Source of the DNA: Octopus vulgaris
Taxonomy: Eukaryota
NCBI GenBank assembly: GCA_951406725.2
Contig: OX597837.1
Location: 23,684,001 to 23,748,000, forward strand
Reading direction: 5' to 3'
Length of the DNA stretch: 64,000 nt
The translations under genes and the position numbers were made by a program. The notes beneath the pieces are model-generated. The model ran no database searches, was not told where the DNA came from, and saw nothing but the letters and a program-made list of their open reading frames with translations. Positions within the stretch are counted from its first letter, which is position 1. Each line of letters starts with the position of its first letter. This document shows, in pieces, positions 48,764-61,303 of this stretch.

Positions 48764-49042
48764 TGTGTATGTGAGACTGTATGTGTGAGATTGTGTGTGT
48801 GTGTGTGTGTGTGTGTGATTGTGTCAATAAAAAGTGGGTGTAGCAATTGTCTGGGTTGAGATTTGTTCTTGTCTGCATCAAGTAGCACTTTGTCTGATTG
48901 TAGTAGTGGTGGTGGTATTAGTGGTGGTAATAGTTGTGGTGGTAGTAGTAGTAGCAGTAGTAGTAATAGTAACAGTAATAGTAGTGATGGTGGCAGTAGT
49001 AGTAGTTGTTGTAACAGTAGTATTGGTGATAGTAGTACCAGC

Positions 49043-49073
<31 letters not shown>

Positions 49074-49584
49074 TACGTGGTAGTAGTTGTAGTAATAGTG
49101 GTATATGTGGTGGGTTTCTCATTTTGGCCGAAGACCAGCAGTTGTTTTTTTTAGAGGCGGTGTTAGTCGGTACCACTGTCCCTAGTAATTGACTAGTACT
49201 TTGCTTTATTGATCTTGGAGATGGGGGTGGAGTGGGGATGGATGAAAAACAAAGTTTTATCTCCGCAGGATTTTGAATTCAAAGTATAAAAAAGCTCCAG
49301 GCTGAAACATTGCAGGACATTTATTTAAAAGCTCTAAAAATCCTGCTAGCTCACACACACACACACACATAAACAGCTGTTTAAGAATTTGGACCTGGAG
49401 ATCTTCATTTCCAGCGACTTTGAGGGCCACTTCCCTGTGGTGTTGGGCATCAACAAAGAGCCCTCGACTACAACAAGACGACCAAAGTTTAAAAAATTTT
49501 TTTTTTCCAAGGTCTGGGGTCTCCCGCCCTTAAGCCCTAGACCATCACCTAGTCACCCTTACCCGTCTTGTTGCTTAACAACAA

Positions 49585-49925
49585 CGCACACACACAGACA
49601 CACACATATGCACACACACATGCACACACATACACATGCACACACACACATGCACACACATACACATGCACACACACATGCACACACACATGCACACACA
49701 TACACACACACACATACACACATGCACATGCACACACACACACATACACACACATGCACATGCACACACACACATACACATACACACATGCACACACACA
49801 TACATGCACACACACACATGCACACGCACACACATGCACACACACACATGCACACACACACATGCACACACACACACATTCACACACACACTTGCACACT
49901 CATACACACACACTCACACACACAT
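49585..49925. repeat. (CA)n/(CATG) compound microsatellite
   Basis: Direct inspection. Confidence 0.9.
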
Positions 49926-49954
49926 ACTGACACTTTGTTGATTATGATGATGCA

Positions 49955-50244
49955 TGCTCCAGTCGAACAGAACAGCCTGCTCATGAAATTAACACGCATG
50001 CGGCTGAGTACTCCACAGACACGCATACCCTCAGTGTAGTTCTTAGGGAGATTCAGTGTGACAAAGCGTGTGACAAGGCTGGCCCTTTGAAATACAGGTA
50101 CTACTCATTTTTGCCAGCTGATTGAGCTGCAGCATCATGAAAAATAAAGTGTCTTGCTCAAGGATAAAATGCGTCACCAGGAATTGAACTCACTACCTTA
50201 CGATCATGAGCCGAATGCCCTAACCACTAAGTCATGCACCTTCA
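49955..50244 (-). mobile_element. SINE with SINE-B-type head and core and SINE-D-type tail
   Basis: Minus strand GAAGGTGCATGACTTAGTGGTTAG...CTTGAGCAAGACACTT...then GTACCTGTATTTCAAAGGGGCCAGCCTTGTCAC as in SINE-D. Confidence 0.75.
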
Positions 50245-50271
50245 CACACACACACACACACACACATTTGT

Positions 50272-50482
50272 TTGTTGCCCATAGGGGCCTATACATAGAC
50301 GGGACAAACGAGGACAGACAAAGGGATTAAGTCGATTACATCGACCACAGTACGTAACTGGTACTTCTTTAATCGACCCCGAAAAGATGAAAGGCAAAGT
50401 CGACCTCGGTGGGATTTGAACTCAGACAAAATACCACTAAGTATTTCGCCTGGCGTGCTAACGTTTCTGCCACCTCGCCGCC
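50272..50482 (-). mobile_element. SINE-C
   Basis: Reverse complement of head, body and tail. Confidence 0.8.
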
Positions 50483-50485
50483 ACA

Positions 50486-50517
<32 letters not shown>

Positions 50518-50740
50518 TATGAACACACAGACATGCACTCACACACATGCACATACAAACACACACAATGAGTTGTTGGATGGAAACTTGAGGCATATAT
50601 TATGGCCAGTTACTTTTCTCTTGTTTTCCAAATATGGAATGTTTGTAGTCTCATGAAATGCATTCACACACACACATGTACACATGCATTTGGCCCTTTA
50701 GTTTTCAGTTTACTCTGTCGCATGCAATGTTTATTTATTC

Positions 50741-51358
50741 CCTGCGTGAGGAAGTGTCACTGCCTAACTGTGGAAGGAACCTGTGGAAGAGGTAGACCCA
50801 GGAAGACATGGGATGAGGTGGTGAAGCATGATCTTCGAACATTGGGCCTCACAGAGGCAATGACAGGAGATTGAGACCTTTGGAAATATGCTGTGATTAA
50901 GAAGAAGACACGGTAACTAAAGTGAGATCGCAACCATGCATGTCTGGCCCAGCTAAGAGTACCCCTGATGCATCATTTGATAATGATATGCTTGAGAAAA
51001 ACTGTTGAGTCAAGTAAAACCAATATCATAGCTGTGGTCAGCGCTCCCTGACTGGCTTCCATGATGGTGGCACATATAAAGCATGATCCGAATGCGGTCG
51101 ATGTCAGGTCTGCCTGACTGGCTCTGATGCCAGTGGCATGTAAAAAGCACCAACCAAACGTGACTGATGCCAGTACCCCATGACTGGCCTCGGTGCCAGT
51201 GGCATATAAAAAGCACTATCCAAACATGATTGATGCCAGGCTCGCCTGATTGGCTGCTGTGCCAGTGGCATGTAAAAATCACCCACTACACTCTTGGAAT
51301 GGTTTGCGTTAGGAAGAGCATCCAGCTGTAGAAACATTACCAGATCAGATTGGAGACT
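50741..51358 (+). mobile_element. 5'-truncated RTE-clade LINE (ORF C-terminus and 3' UTR)
   Basis: CVRKCHCLTVEGTCGRGRPRKTWDEVVKHDLRTLGLTEAMTGD*DLWKYAV, then hairpin-unit array. Confidence 0.9.
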
Positions 51359-51474
51359 GAATATAGAGGTGGGGTGGAGAATAGAGGAGACATAGAAAGA
51401 AAATCATAGAGATGGTGTCTGGTTTTAGTTTCAGTTTGTGGGACAGACAGAATCTCTCTTATATATATATAGAA

Positions 51475-51641
51475 GACATCGTGAAGTATATTTGCCACTT
51501 AAATGTGGCTAACCCTTAAGGGTGGATGCTCCTCTAGCTTGTAGCCAGCTGGAGGAGGTGTCCTCCTAGGGTTACAAGCTACAGTAGCATCCACCCTTAA
51601 GAGTTAGCCACATTTAAGTGGCAAATATACTTCACGAAGTC
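51475..51641. repeat. Fold-back inverted repeat, 72-bp arms, centre is itself a stem-loop
   Basis: Arms 51475-51546 and 51570-51641 with about 5 mismatches; centre GGAGGA-GGTG-TCCTCC. Confidence 0.95.
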
Positions 51642-51814
51642 GTGCAGCTACTGTTTATACCTCGCTCAGAAATATAAGATATATATATGTACATAGCTGT
51701 CTGCACATGTGTGTGCAAATATTGATACAATGTGTACGTTGCCATTGTTTGTGTGCAGATATGACCTTCATCTTAACATCTGTTTTATCAAGAGCATATT
51801 GGTTATTTTAGTTT

Positions 51815-52284
51815 TAATTGTTATTATCATTCAGTAGTTTTATTTTTATCACATGTTTTCACTGCACTACTGAGCGCAGCACTGTGTGCCTTGGGTATGT
51901 GCTGTGGGTTTTTTTTATTTTTGTTGTTATTATTTTCACTGTATTGAAGGTGCTTTACACAGGATGTGTGCGGTGCCTAGTAGTGCTTTTTTTTTATATG
52001 TTGTATATATTTGTAAGTCCAGGTATTTTGGATGTGTATTTGTATGTTTTTAATCATACCTATGTACCCATTATTGTAGGAATTGTTTCTGCTTTTAGAC
52101 TCCACATTTGGGTTATCTCTATTTCCAGATCTTTGTATTTTGAGTGTTTCTCTGTTTCTTTTAGAGATACATTTTCATCTGTTGGGATTGGTACATCAAT
52201 TAGAAGGCATTATTTTTCTTAATCTCTGACAACTGTATCCAATCTATCAGCTTTGATGTCTCTATCTGTGTGTATTGGCGTATC
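51815..52284 (-). pseudogene. R4/Dong-clade LINE 3' end (RLE endonuclease domain and 3' UTR)
   Basis: DTPIHTDRDIKADRLDTVV..CLLIDVPIPTDENVSLKETEKHSKYKDLEIEITQMW..KALLGTAHIL with in-frame stops. Confidence 0.9.
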
Positions 52285-52327
52285 ATCATCATCATCATCA
52301 TCATTATTATTATTATTATTATTGCGC

Positions 52328-52645
52328 ACTCTTTTACTCTTGTTTTAGTCATTTGACTGTGGCCATGCTGGAGCACCGCCTTTAGTCAAGCAAATCAACC
52401 CCAGGACTTATTCTTTGTAAGCCTAGTACTTATTCTATAGATCTCTTTTGCCGACCCGCTAAGTTACGGGGATGTAAACACATCAGCATCAGTTGTCAAG
52501 CGATGTTGGGGGGACAAACACAGACACACAAACATATACACACATACATACATACATACATATATAAATATATATATATGAAACCGTCCAACCCGTGCTA
52601 GCGCGGAAAACGGACGTTAAATGATGATGATGATGATGATGATGA

Positions 52646-52679
<34 letters not shown>

Positions 52680-52750
52680 GATGGGCTTCTTTCAGTTTCT
52701 GTCTATCAAATCCACTCACAAGGCTTTGGTTGGCCCAAGGCTATAGTAGA
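52328..52750 (-). mobile_element. SINE-A with a short RTE tail (52580-52648, +) in its internal (TA)n
   Basis: Homology to the window copies. Confidence 0.8.
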
Positions 52751-53094
52751 CGAAGGGGGAAGTATTGTTTCAGTTGTGTTTGTTTGTTTGTCTATGGACA
52801 AGATATCTCAAGAACCACTGGACGGATTTGGATGAAACTTTGAGGAATGTTTGGCCTTGTGACTGGCACAAACTGATTAGATTTTGAGTTCGATCCGGTA
52901 CCGGACGAAGATTCTGGATTATTTTCCCTGTTTTTTACTTAGTTTTTGAGAGCAGTCCGGTTCATTTTTAGTATTCTTGTTTGTGATATCAGTCGAGTGT
53001 ATTTCAGATAGTCTCATATTAAAAATCATCTCTGGCTAATCATTGAGAAGAAATTGGTGTTGCCTTGCTGGAGGTTTGCACTCTCTGAGTGCTC

Positions 53095-53097
<3 letters not shown>
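52751..53097 (+). mobile_element. Helentron-associated non-autonomous element (HINE/DINE-like)
   Basis: 5' (GTTT)n block then GATATCTCAAGAACC..GGACGGATTTGGATGAAACTT; 3' subterminal CCTTGCTGGAGGT followed by hairpin GCACTC-TCT-GAGTGC. Confidence 0.6.
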
Positions 53098-53125
<28 letters not shown>

Positions 53126-53132
53126 TATTATT

Positions 53133-53597
53133 ATTGAGTGAGAGAGCAGTGCATGCCATCAAAGTGACACTGGGGTAAAATATACGAAGCCCAGTATACC
53201 CATCGTGACTACCCGTCTGATAAGGGTACACTAGGCACATGCATCACAACCATATGTGCACGAGATGGTGATCTCATATCAAGATAAATAGCGCATGACC
53301 TTGCAGGTGGGGCCCAGTTAGAATTTTCTTCTGATCGAGTAGCCCATCCTGCTCAAAAGGTCCCTGAATAAGGATTGTTTAAAGATGTAGAACGAACCAC
53401 CCATATTTCCAGAGGCGAATTATCCAAACCTCTAAGAATTCCTTTCAACACACGGCTATGATGCTCCCCCACTACTTCTGCTCGTGATCAGAGATGCACA
53501 TATTGTCAGCCACTAAGGGACATGCTCAACTGGTTAAGGTCAAACAACTGACAAGCAGATCTTTGGTATTGAGCAGAATATTTGCTGTAGCCCATCT
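53133..53597 (-). mobile_element. Unclassified retroposon, LINE 3' UTR-like, with (AAT)n tail
   Basis: Sits between (ATT)n tracts; partial second copy at 19631-19795. Confidence 0.55.
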
Positions 53598-53640
53598 TTA
53601 TTATTATTATTGTTATTATTATTATTATCATCTTCCTCAT

Positions 53641-53817
53641 CAAGGTGGTCAAGTTGGCTGAATCATTAGGATGCTGGACAAAATGCTTAGCAGCATTTTG
53701 CCCATCTTTGGATTCCAAGCTTGAAATTCCACCAAAGTTGATTCTGCCCTTCATCCTTTCAGGGTTGATTAAATAACTACCAGTTGTGTACTGGGGTTGA
53801 TGTAATCAAGTAGCCCC
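53641..53817 (+). mobile_element. SINE-C, diverged
   Basis: Homology to the window copies. Confidence 0.65.
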
Positions 53818-54042
53818 ATGTTTTAATGTTTGTTTTTTTGTTCAGTTACAATAAAAACAATTATATATTAATCGGTGGGTTACTCTATACTTTTATAGAA
53901 TACAAATTTATTATTTTTACTGTCAACAACATTCTTGTTTGAGAGTAATATATATGGATGTAATAATATAAATAATATATAAATATATGCATATATACAT
54001 ACATACCTACATGCATATATGGTTACAGGACTATGTATGTAT

Positions 54043-54276
54043 ACTCTATTTTACTCTTTTACTTGTTTCAGTCATTTGACTGCAGCCATGCTGGAGCACC
54101 GCCTTTAGTCGAGCAAATCGACCCCGGGACTTATTCTTTGTAAGCCCAGTACTTATTCTATCGGTGTCTTTTGCCGAACCGCTAAGTTACGGGGACATAA
54201 ACATACCACCATTGGTTGTCAAGCAATGCTAGGGGGACAAACACAGACACACAAACACATACACACACATACATAC

Positions 54277-54309
<33 letters not shown>

Positions 54310-54472
54310 CATATATACAACAGGCTTCTTTCAGTTTCCGTCTACCAAATCCACTCACAAGGCATTGGTCGGCCCGGGGTTATAGCAGAAGACACTTGCC
54401 CAAGATGCCATGCAGTGGGACTGAACCCGGAACCATGTGGTTGGTTAGCAAGCTACTTACCACACAGCCATG
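54043..54472 (-). mobile_element. SINE-A, young full-length copy
   Basis: As 13983-14360. Confidence 0.9.
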
Positions 54473-54559
54473 TATATATGCATATATTTATATTATTTAT
54501 ATTATTATATGATCGAATGCCACAAATCCTTTTCCAAATATGTATGTATATAAGTATGG

Positions 54560-54590
<31 letters not shown>

Positions 54591-54986
54591 TACAAATACA
54601 CATGCATACAAACAATGATGTAGTGGCTGTAGTATAACAGATGCACTATACACATGACACATTATAATCGTATACAATGTTTGGGTGTGCGTATGTTGTG
54701 CATAGCGTGTAGTATTGTGTAAGCATGCATATTCATATTTTTGTTGTTTCCTCCTCGTCATCCTCTGATCCTTAGAGATACAATTATTTCCCCATTTCAG
54801 CAATATTATCAGAAAGTAATCTTTGTGATGAATCAACAGAAATTATAGAGTGGCTAACAAAATACTCTGATCATAATGCATACACATAAGTCCATCTACA
54901 TGTACAAACCTATCTATATTCACATACAATCACACACACACACACGCACACACACACGCACACACACACGCACATGTACTAGTACA

Positions 54987-55225
54987 TCTTTTATCTTTTA
55001 CTTGTTTCAGTCATTGGACTGTGGCCATGCTGGGGCACTGCCTTGAAGGATTTTAGTCAAACTAATCGTCCTTCCCCTCTACTTATTTTTCTTTTGAAGC
55101 CTGATACTTATTCTATATATCTATTTGCTCAACTGCTAAGTTATGGGGATGTAAACAAACCAACCCCAGTTGTCAAACAAAGACATAAAGACAAATACAA
55201 CTTTCTGTCTACCAAATCCATCCAC
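54987..55225 (-). mobile_element. SINE-A 3' part running into a minisatellite
   Basis: Reverse complement of the tail up to TTTCTGTCTACCAAATCCA. Confidence 0.75.
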
Positions 55226-55528
55226 TGTCTCCCTATCCACCAGGTGTCACACTGTCTCCTTATCCACCAAAAGTCATACTGTTTCTCTATCTGCCAGATG
55301 TCACACTGGCTCCCCCTCCACTGTCTCCTTATCCACCAGATGTTGTACTGTCTCCCCATTCACCAGATGTCACACCGTTTCTCTATCCACCAGAAATCAC
55401 ACTGTTTCTCTATCTGCCAGATGTCACACTGACTCTATATCTGCCAGATGTCACACTGGCTCCCTCTCCACTGTCTCCCTATTCACCAGATGTCATACTG
55501 TCTCCCTGTCTACCAAATGTCACACTGT
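55222..55528. repeat. Degenerate 27-bp minisatellite (CTGTCTCCCTATCCACCAGATGTCACA), about 11 units
   Basis: Direct inspection. Confidence 0.85.
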
Positions 55529-56064
55529 TTTGCTTAGCTAGCAAATACCTCTCATTTCTGTATTTTATAACTTTTCAAACAATAGTATTTAAAATTCCTC
55601 ACAGTTTTCTCGTTATTAATTCTGATGAAGTTGAGTTGATTTACAAATTAGTAAGTTTGTTACTGTTTTTCTGATGAAAAATTATAATTGATAATCAAAT
55701 ATCTGTTGTTGTTGTTACAGTTGTTGTTTCTTCATGGTGACTTGCACAAACAAGATTAGCAATTAATCTCTGCATTTAGTTCAGGTTGACTTTACAAATT
55801 TTACCATCTTGGAACTTCATGTGAGTTCTTTAAAATTTTACTCTTTTACTTTTCCTGTTTCTTTTATTTTCTTTTTCTCCATTTCCCTAATTAGAAAGAA
55901 CCTTGCCACAATTTTTTGCTGTTGTTGCTTTTGTTTAGCCCCAGGTTCTATCTGATTGCGTAAACCTATGGCAAAAAACATTCTAACCTTGACTATTTTG
56001 TTAATGCAAAGTGTACTCAGGACTACACTACACTATGTATTTGTCACCTTTTTCAAGCTGGTAC

Positions 56065-56103
<39 letters not shown>

Positions 56104-56105
<2 letters not shown>

Positions 56106-56238
56106 CCTTTCTGCTAAACACACAAAGACTGAAATTTTGGGAGAGGGTACTAGCTAATTACACTAATCCCAGTGTTTTACTGGTACTTAATTTATTGACC
56201 CCAAAAGGAGGAAAAGCAAAGTTGACCTTGGTGGAATT
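56104..56238 (-). mobile_element. SINE-C 3' fragment with (AAT)n flank
   Basis: CTGGTACTTAATTTATTGACCCC..AAAGTTGACCTTGGTGGAATT. Confidence 0.65.
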
Positions 56239-56425
56239 AAGATAAAGGAATCTTGTCTGTTTAATAAAAGGATAGTGTTAACATGTTGTTGTTGTTGGTG
56301 GTGGTGGTGATGGTAGTGTTTGTTCCCAGGTTATCTCTGCTTTATCAGACCTAACTTGTACCATTTGAATAATCACCAATGTACTGGTGAAACTGTGCAG
56401 TAATAGATGTTATACCATCTATACC

Positions 56426-56759
56426 ACATGGCCAAGTGGTTAGAGTATTGAGCTCTCAATCATGAGGTAGTGAGTTCGATTCCCAGGCCGGGCTCTAAGT
56501 TGTGTTCTTGATCAAGACACTTTACTTCACGTTACTCCAGTTCACTCAGCTGTAGAAATGAGTTATGATGTCACCGGTGCCAAGCTGTATTTGCCTTTCC
56601 TCTGGAAAACATCAGTGGTGTGGAGAGGAGAGGCTGGTATGCCTGGGCAACTGCTGGTCTTCTGTAAGCAACCTTGCCTGGACTTTTGCCTAGGAAGGGA
56701 ACTTTCTTGGTCCAGTCTCATGGTCATTCATGACCAAAAGGGGTTTTTACCCTTTTACC
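56426..56759 (+). mobile_element. SINE-B
   Basis: A box TGGCCAAGTGG, B box GAGTTCGATTCC, TTTTACCC tail. Confidence 0.85.
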
Positions 56760-57587
56760 GTTTAATACACATGCTTTAATACACACACACACACTTGATT
56801 TCTGTACAGTTAGACAGAAAGCACTGGTGAACCAGAGCCTGTGACAAAAAGGTACCAAGTGAAGGAATTGAACCTGTGATAACATTGTAGCAAAATAGAC
56901 TTTTTAACTACACAGCCATCATTTGTACCATCTTTGTGTGTATGTATGTGTGTGTACGTTTATTCATATGTGTGCATATATGTGAATGGATTACTGTATT
57001 TTAGTATATGTGTGTGTATGTTTATTTGATGCTGTATCTATATGTGTGGATGTGTGTGCATACATCCATGTTTGTGTATGATTTTTTTTTCATTCACCTC
57101 TGAGTGTGTATGCGTTTATGCATGCACATGGCTCTGTATGTGTGTGGCGTGCTTTTACAGATACCAGCATATATCAATTTATACAAAGAAAGTTCCCTTT
57201 GTTCTGCCCAGATATTCAGATGTTGGCAGCTGTCTGAGACATGCAGGTACCAAATTCTTCACCTCAATACTAGCATCTTGATAAATGAAACCCTGGCCCC
57301 AACCTGTGCATGAAAGCTTAAGACTATATTAGTCACAGGAGAGCCACGAGTTGGAGATATGAGTAGGATATGATATAAATTCCTCATAGTTTAAAACTGT
57401 CAATAGAAACAGGACAATTTATTCATTCTGTGTTGATAACATTTATAACATATACCTTAGCTAAGTTACATTTCGTTCAGGATGTGATACAGATGATATA
57501 TGCATGCATGTGTGTCTATGTCTATGTATAAGTGTTGAACCCGTGTGCATGTGTATATGTGTGAGTGAATATACATATATATTTGTA

Positions 57588-57812
57588 TACTCTTTTACTC
57601 TTTTACTTGTTTCAGTCATTTGACTGTGGCCATGCTGGAGCACCACCTTTTTAGTCGAGCAAATTGACCCCAGGACTTATTCTTTATAAGCCTAGTACTT
57701 ATTCTATCGGTCTCTTTTGCCGAACCGCTAAGTTACGGGGACGTAAACACACCAGCATCGGTTGTCAAGCGATGTTGGGGGGACAAACACAAACACACAA
57801 ACATATACACAT

Positions 57813-57843
<31 letters not shown>

Positions 57844-58015
57844 CATATATACGACGGGCTTCTTTTAGTTTCCATCTACCAAATCCACTCATAAGGCATT
57901 GGTCGGCCCGAGGATATAGTAGAAGACACTTGCCCAAGCTGCCACGCAGTGGGACTGAACCCGGAACCATGTGATTCGTAAGCAAGCTACTTACCACACA
58001 GCCACTCCTACGCCT
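57588..58015 (-). mobile_element. SINE-A, young full-length copy
   Basis: As 13983-14360. Confidence 0.9.
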
Positions 58016-58135
58016 ATGTGTAGGTTGTGTGTTTGGCTACCTTGTTGTTACTGTTTAACCCAAGGTTAAATTCTAGGTGTGACCATCCTGGTTTGTTTTT
58101 GTTTTTGTTTTTTTCTGTGGTCATGTTATCTAATG

Positions 58136-58385
58136 CAGTGGCTTTCAGCCATTTTTTGCCCACAGAACCCCCTTGGTTCCTATTTTATTCTATTGGACCT
58201 CTATAGCCATTCTTTGTATATAAAAATAAAATCTTACTTTATGTTTATAATTAAATATTATTAGGAAATGTATAAAAAACTTTTTTATACATATTTTGTG
58301 TGTTGTAGAAATATAACCAATTTATTGTAGATAAAACCTTATATGGACTTCTAAGGGCCATATGGACCCTGGCTGAGAACCATTG
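58136..58385. mobile_element. hAT (Charlie-like) MITE with 8-bp TSD
   Basis: TIRs CAGTGGCTTTCAGCC / GGCTGAGAACCATTG; flanks ATCTAATG and ACCTAATG. Confidence 0.8.
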
Positions 58386-58594
58386 ACCTAATGTTCTTTT
58401 ATGGTGGTGGTTGGTGGAGCAGGGTAGAAGTTGGTTGAGATTTGGTTGCTATTTCTAGCATTATAGCAACCATGTGGAGGCTCTGTCTTTGGCTATTAAT
58501 GTTCCCGTGTATGTGTCTGTTTGCATCTGTATGTGTATGTGTGTGTGTCATGCGTTTGTATGTGCATATGTTCTGTGTTTATGTCATATTTGGA

Positions 58595-58636
<42 letters not shown>

Positions 58637-58867
58637 TTTATATTGGCGTGTTGGTTGTGTTGGTTCATAGAATTCAAATGAAATGCCTGAGTGACTATTC
58701 CATAGTTGACAATTCACATAATTCAAGTGTTTGGAATGTTGGGGAGAGAGAGAGAGAGAGAGATGGTGTGTGAGGAGAGGGTAGGTGTTAATTTATTGTC
58801 CAACCAAGTCTCTAAGAAAGATATTGAATACATTGAAAATATCCACATTAACTGTCTTTGGTCTCTA

Positions 58868-59712
58868 TCACCACCACCACCACCACCACCATCACCACCA
58901 CCACCATCACCATCACTACTAACAACAACAACAGCAACAATAATGCTTTCTTTACCACCACCACCACCAAGGACAACACAAATAACTCTACCAAGAGCTG
59001 TCACTGATAGTACTTCTACCATTTAGGTTATCTACACCTACGTTGCCACCACCAACAACAACAAATACTCTAACAACACCATCATCACCATCACCACTAC
59101 CACCAACACACAAACCACTAACACCACCTTTGTCACCACCACTACCACCACCACCAACAACAACAACAATTAATTTAACAACACACCATCATCACCACCA
59201 CCACCACCACTGCTGCCACCACCATCACCACTACCACCACTACACCACCAAACCACTAACACCAACACCACTGCTGCCACCACCATCACCACTACCACCA
59301 ACACCATCAAACCACTAACACCAACACCACTGCTGCCACCACCATCACCACTACCACCAACACCACCAAACCACTAACACCAACACCACTGCTGCCACCA
59401 CCATCACCACTACCACCAACACCACCAAACCACTAACACCAACACCACTGCTGCCACCAACACCACCAACAACAACAACAATTACTTTAACAACACCATC
59501 ACCACTACCACCAACACCACCAAACCACTAACACCACCATTGTCACAAACATCACCACCACACCACTACCACCAACACCACCAAACCACTAACACCACCA
59601 TTGTCACAAACACCACCACTACCATCACTACCACCACCACCATCACTACCACTACCACCACCACCACCACCATCACTACCACCCCCACCACCATCATCAT
59701 CACCAGTATCAT
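58868..59712. repeat. (CAC)n-derived repeat with ~59-bp higher-order units (CAAACCACTAACACCAACACCACTGCTGCCACC...)
   Basis: Direct inspection. Confidence 0.85.
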
Positions 59713-60469
59713 CGCTGCCAATAATACCAATACCTCACCCTTATCGATAGCATGTAAGATATATGTGACAAAAATTAACCTTTTCTTGAAATATCCTGAA
59801 ATATATATACATCATTGGTTTGCCGCAAATAACAATGGGGATCGATTTAAGATTTTAGAAGAGTTATTTATAAGCGTTTTTGGGTTTTTTCCCCCCCTTT
59901 TGAAACGCTGGAAAGATCAACAATTTCCTTTCTTTGTCATTTCTTTAAAACTTGGTTAACTTCTCTTCAAATCTGCCTACCCACCACCACACTGGCACCA
60001 TCATCTTTTTCTTTTTCATCTATTGCTATACTCTCTCTTACCCCTGACCCCTCCCACACTGTAAGTGCTAAAGAAATAAATTCTTCCTTCTAAAAGAGTT
60101 TATTTTAGAGACTGGTTGACATGCAGTGTGATTTATTTGCAATATTCTTATATAACGCCGCTATCAATGCAAAGCACGAGCTAAACTCCTGGCGAGCTTC
60201 CAAGTCTGTGAGATAGTTTTCGATCCTGGTTACAACCAGTTCACTTTATTTGGGCCATTAATGTCCATGAGGAGAAACTTTGTGGACATACCCCCCTCCT
60301 CCTATTTTGTATTCTATAACCTCTTGCCCAAATAAAGAATCACAACAATATTGACCCATTAATGGTGAAGTGACAGAAGTCTTCACAAGTCAAACGTTAG
60401 GCTCAGTGCAAAATTTACTCTCTTGTAGTTCACGGTTCTAATTTCAAATTGCAGGAATGGCTAATCATT

Positions 60470-60617
60470 ACCTATTTCTTTATTACCCACAAGGGGCTAA
60501 ACATAGAGGGGACAAACAAGGACAGACATAGGTATCAAGTCGATTACATCGACCCCAGTGCGTAACTGGTACTTAATTTATCGACCCCGAAAGGATGAAA
60601 GGCAAAGTTGACCTCGG
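60470..60617 (-). mobile_element. SINE-C 3' part
   Basis: CCTATTTCTTTATTACCCACAAGGGGCTAAAC...GGCAAAGTTGACCTCGG. Confidence 0.85.
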
Positions 60618-60680
60618 AGGCAAAGTTGACTTCGGGTGGCTAATCATTACCCTTCATCCCTCTTGAGATTGACCAAATAT

Positions 60681-61072
60681 ATCTTTTGTCTTTCGCTTGT
60701 TTAAGTCATTAGACTGAGGCCATGCTGGGGCAGCACCTTGAGGAGCTTTATTCAAATGGATTGACCCCAGTATTTATTTTTGGTAAAGCCTGATACTAAT
60801 TCTATTTGTCACTTTTGCTGAACTGCTAAGTTATAGGGATGTAAACACACCAACACCAGTTGTCAAGTGATGGTGGGTGTCAAACACATACACAAAGACA
60901 GACACACAAACACATATGCACAACAGGATTCTTTTCAGTTTCCATGCCTTTAATCCACTCACAAGGCTTTGGTCAGCCCAAGGTTATAGTAGACATTTGC
61001 CCAAGGTGCCATGTAGTAGGGCTGAACCAAGAGCCATGTGGTTGGGAAGCAAACCTTTCACCACACGGCCAC
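60681..61072 (-). mobile_element. SINE-A, diverged
   Basis: Homology to the window copies. Confidence 0.8.
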
Positions 61073-61189
61073 TTTTGCACCAATACCAGTAATACACAAA
61101 CACCACAAGGTATCTTGTCTATTGCTCCAAGAGTTACAACTGATACTGTTAACTTAGCGAATCATCAAAAGAAAACAATAGAATAATTA

Positions 61190-61300
61190 CTAGAATAAGT
61201 CCTTACAAAGAATAAGTCCTGGAGTTGATTTCTTTGACTAAACCCTTTGAGGTGGTGCTCCAGCATGGACACAGTCAAATGATTGAAACAAGTTAAAGAA
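61190..61300 (+). mobile_element. SINE-A 3' fragment
   Basis: TAGAATAAGT..AAAGAATAAGTCC..GGTGCTCCAGCATGG. Confidence 0.75.
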
Positions 61301-61303
61301 TAG

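Noticed and set aside
51060-51285. CRISPR-like array of palindromic ~24-bp repeats with ~40-bp spacers (also 11340-11625)
   Set aside because: The spacers are homologous to each other, the array is the 3' UTR of an RTE LINE, no cas genes are present and the DNA is eukaryotic
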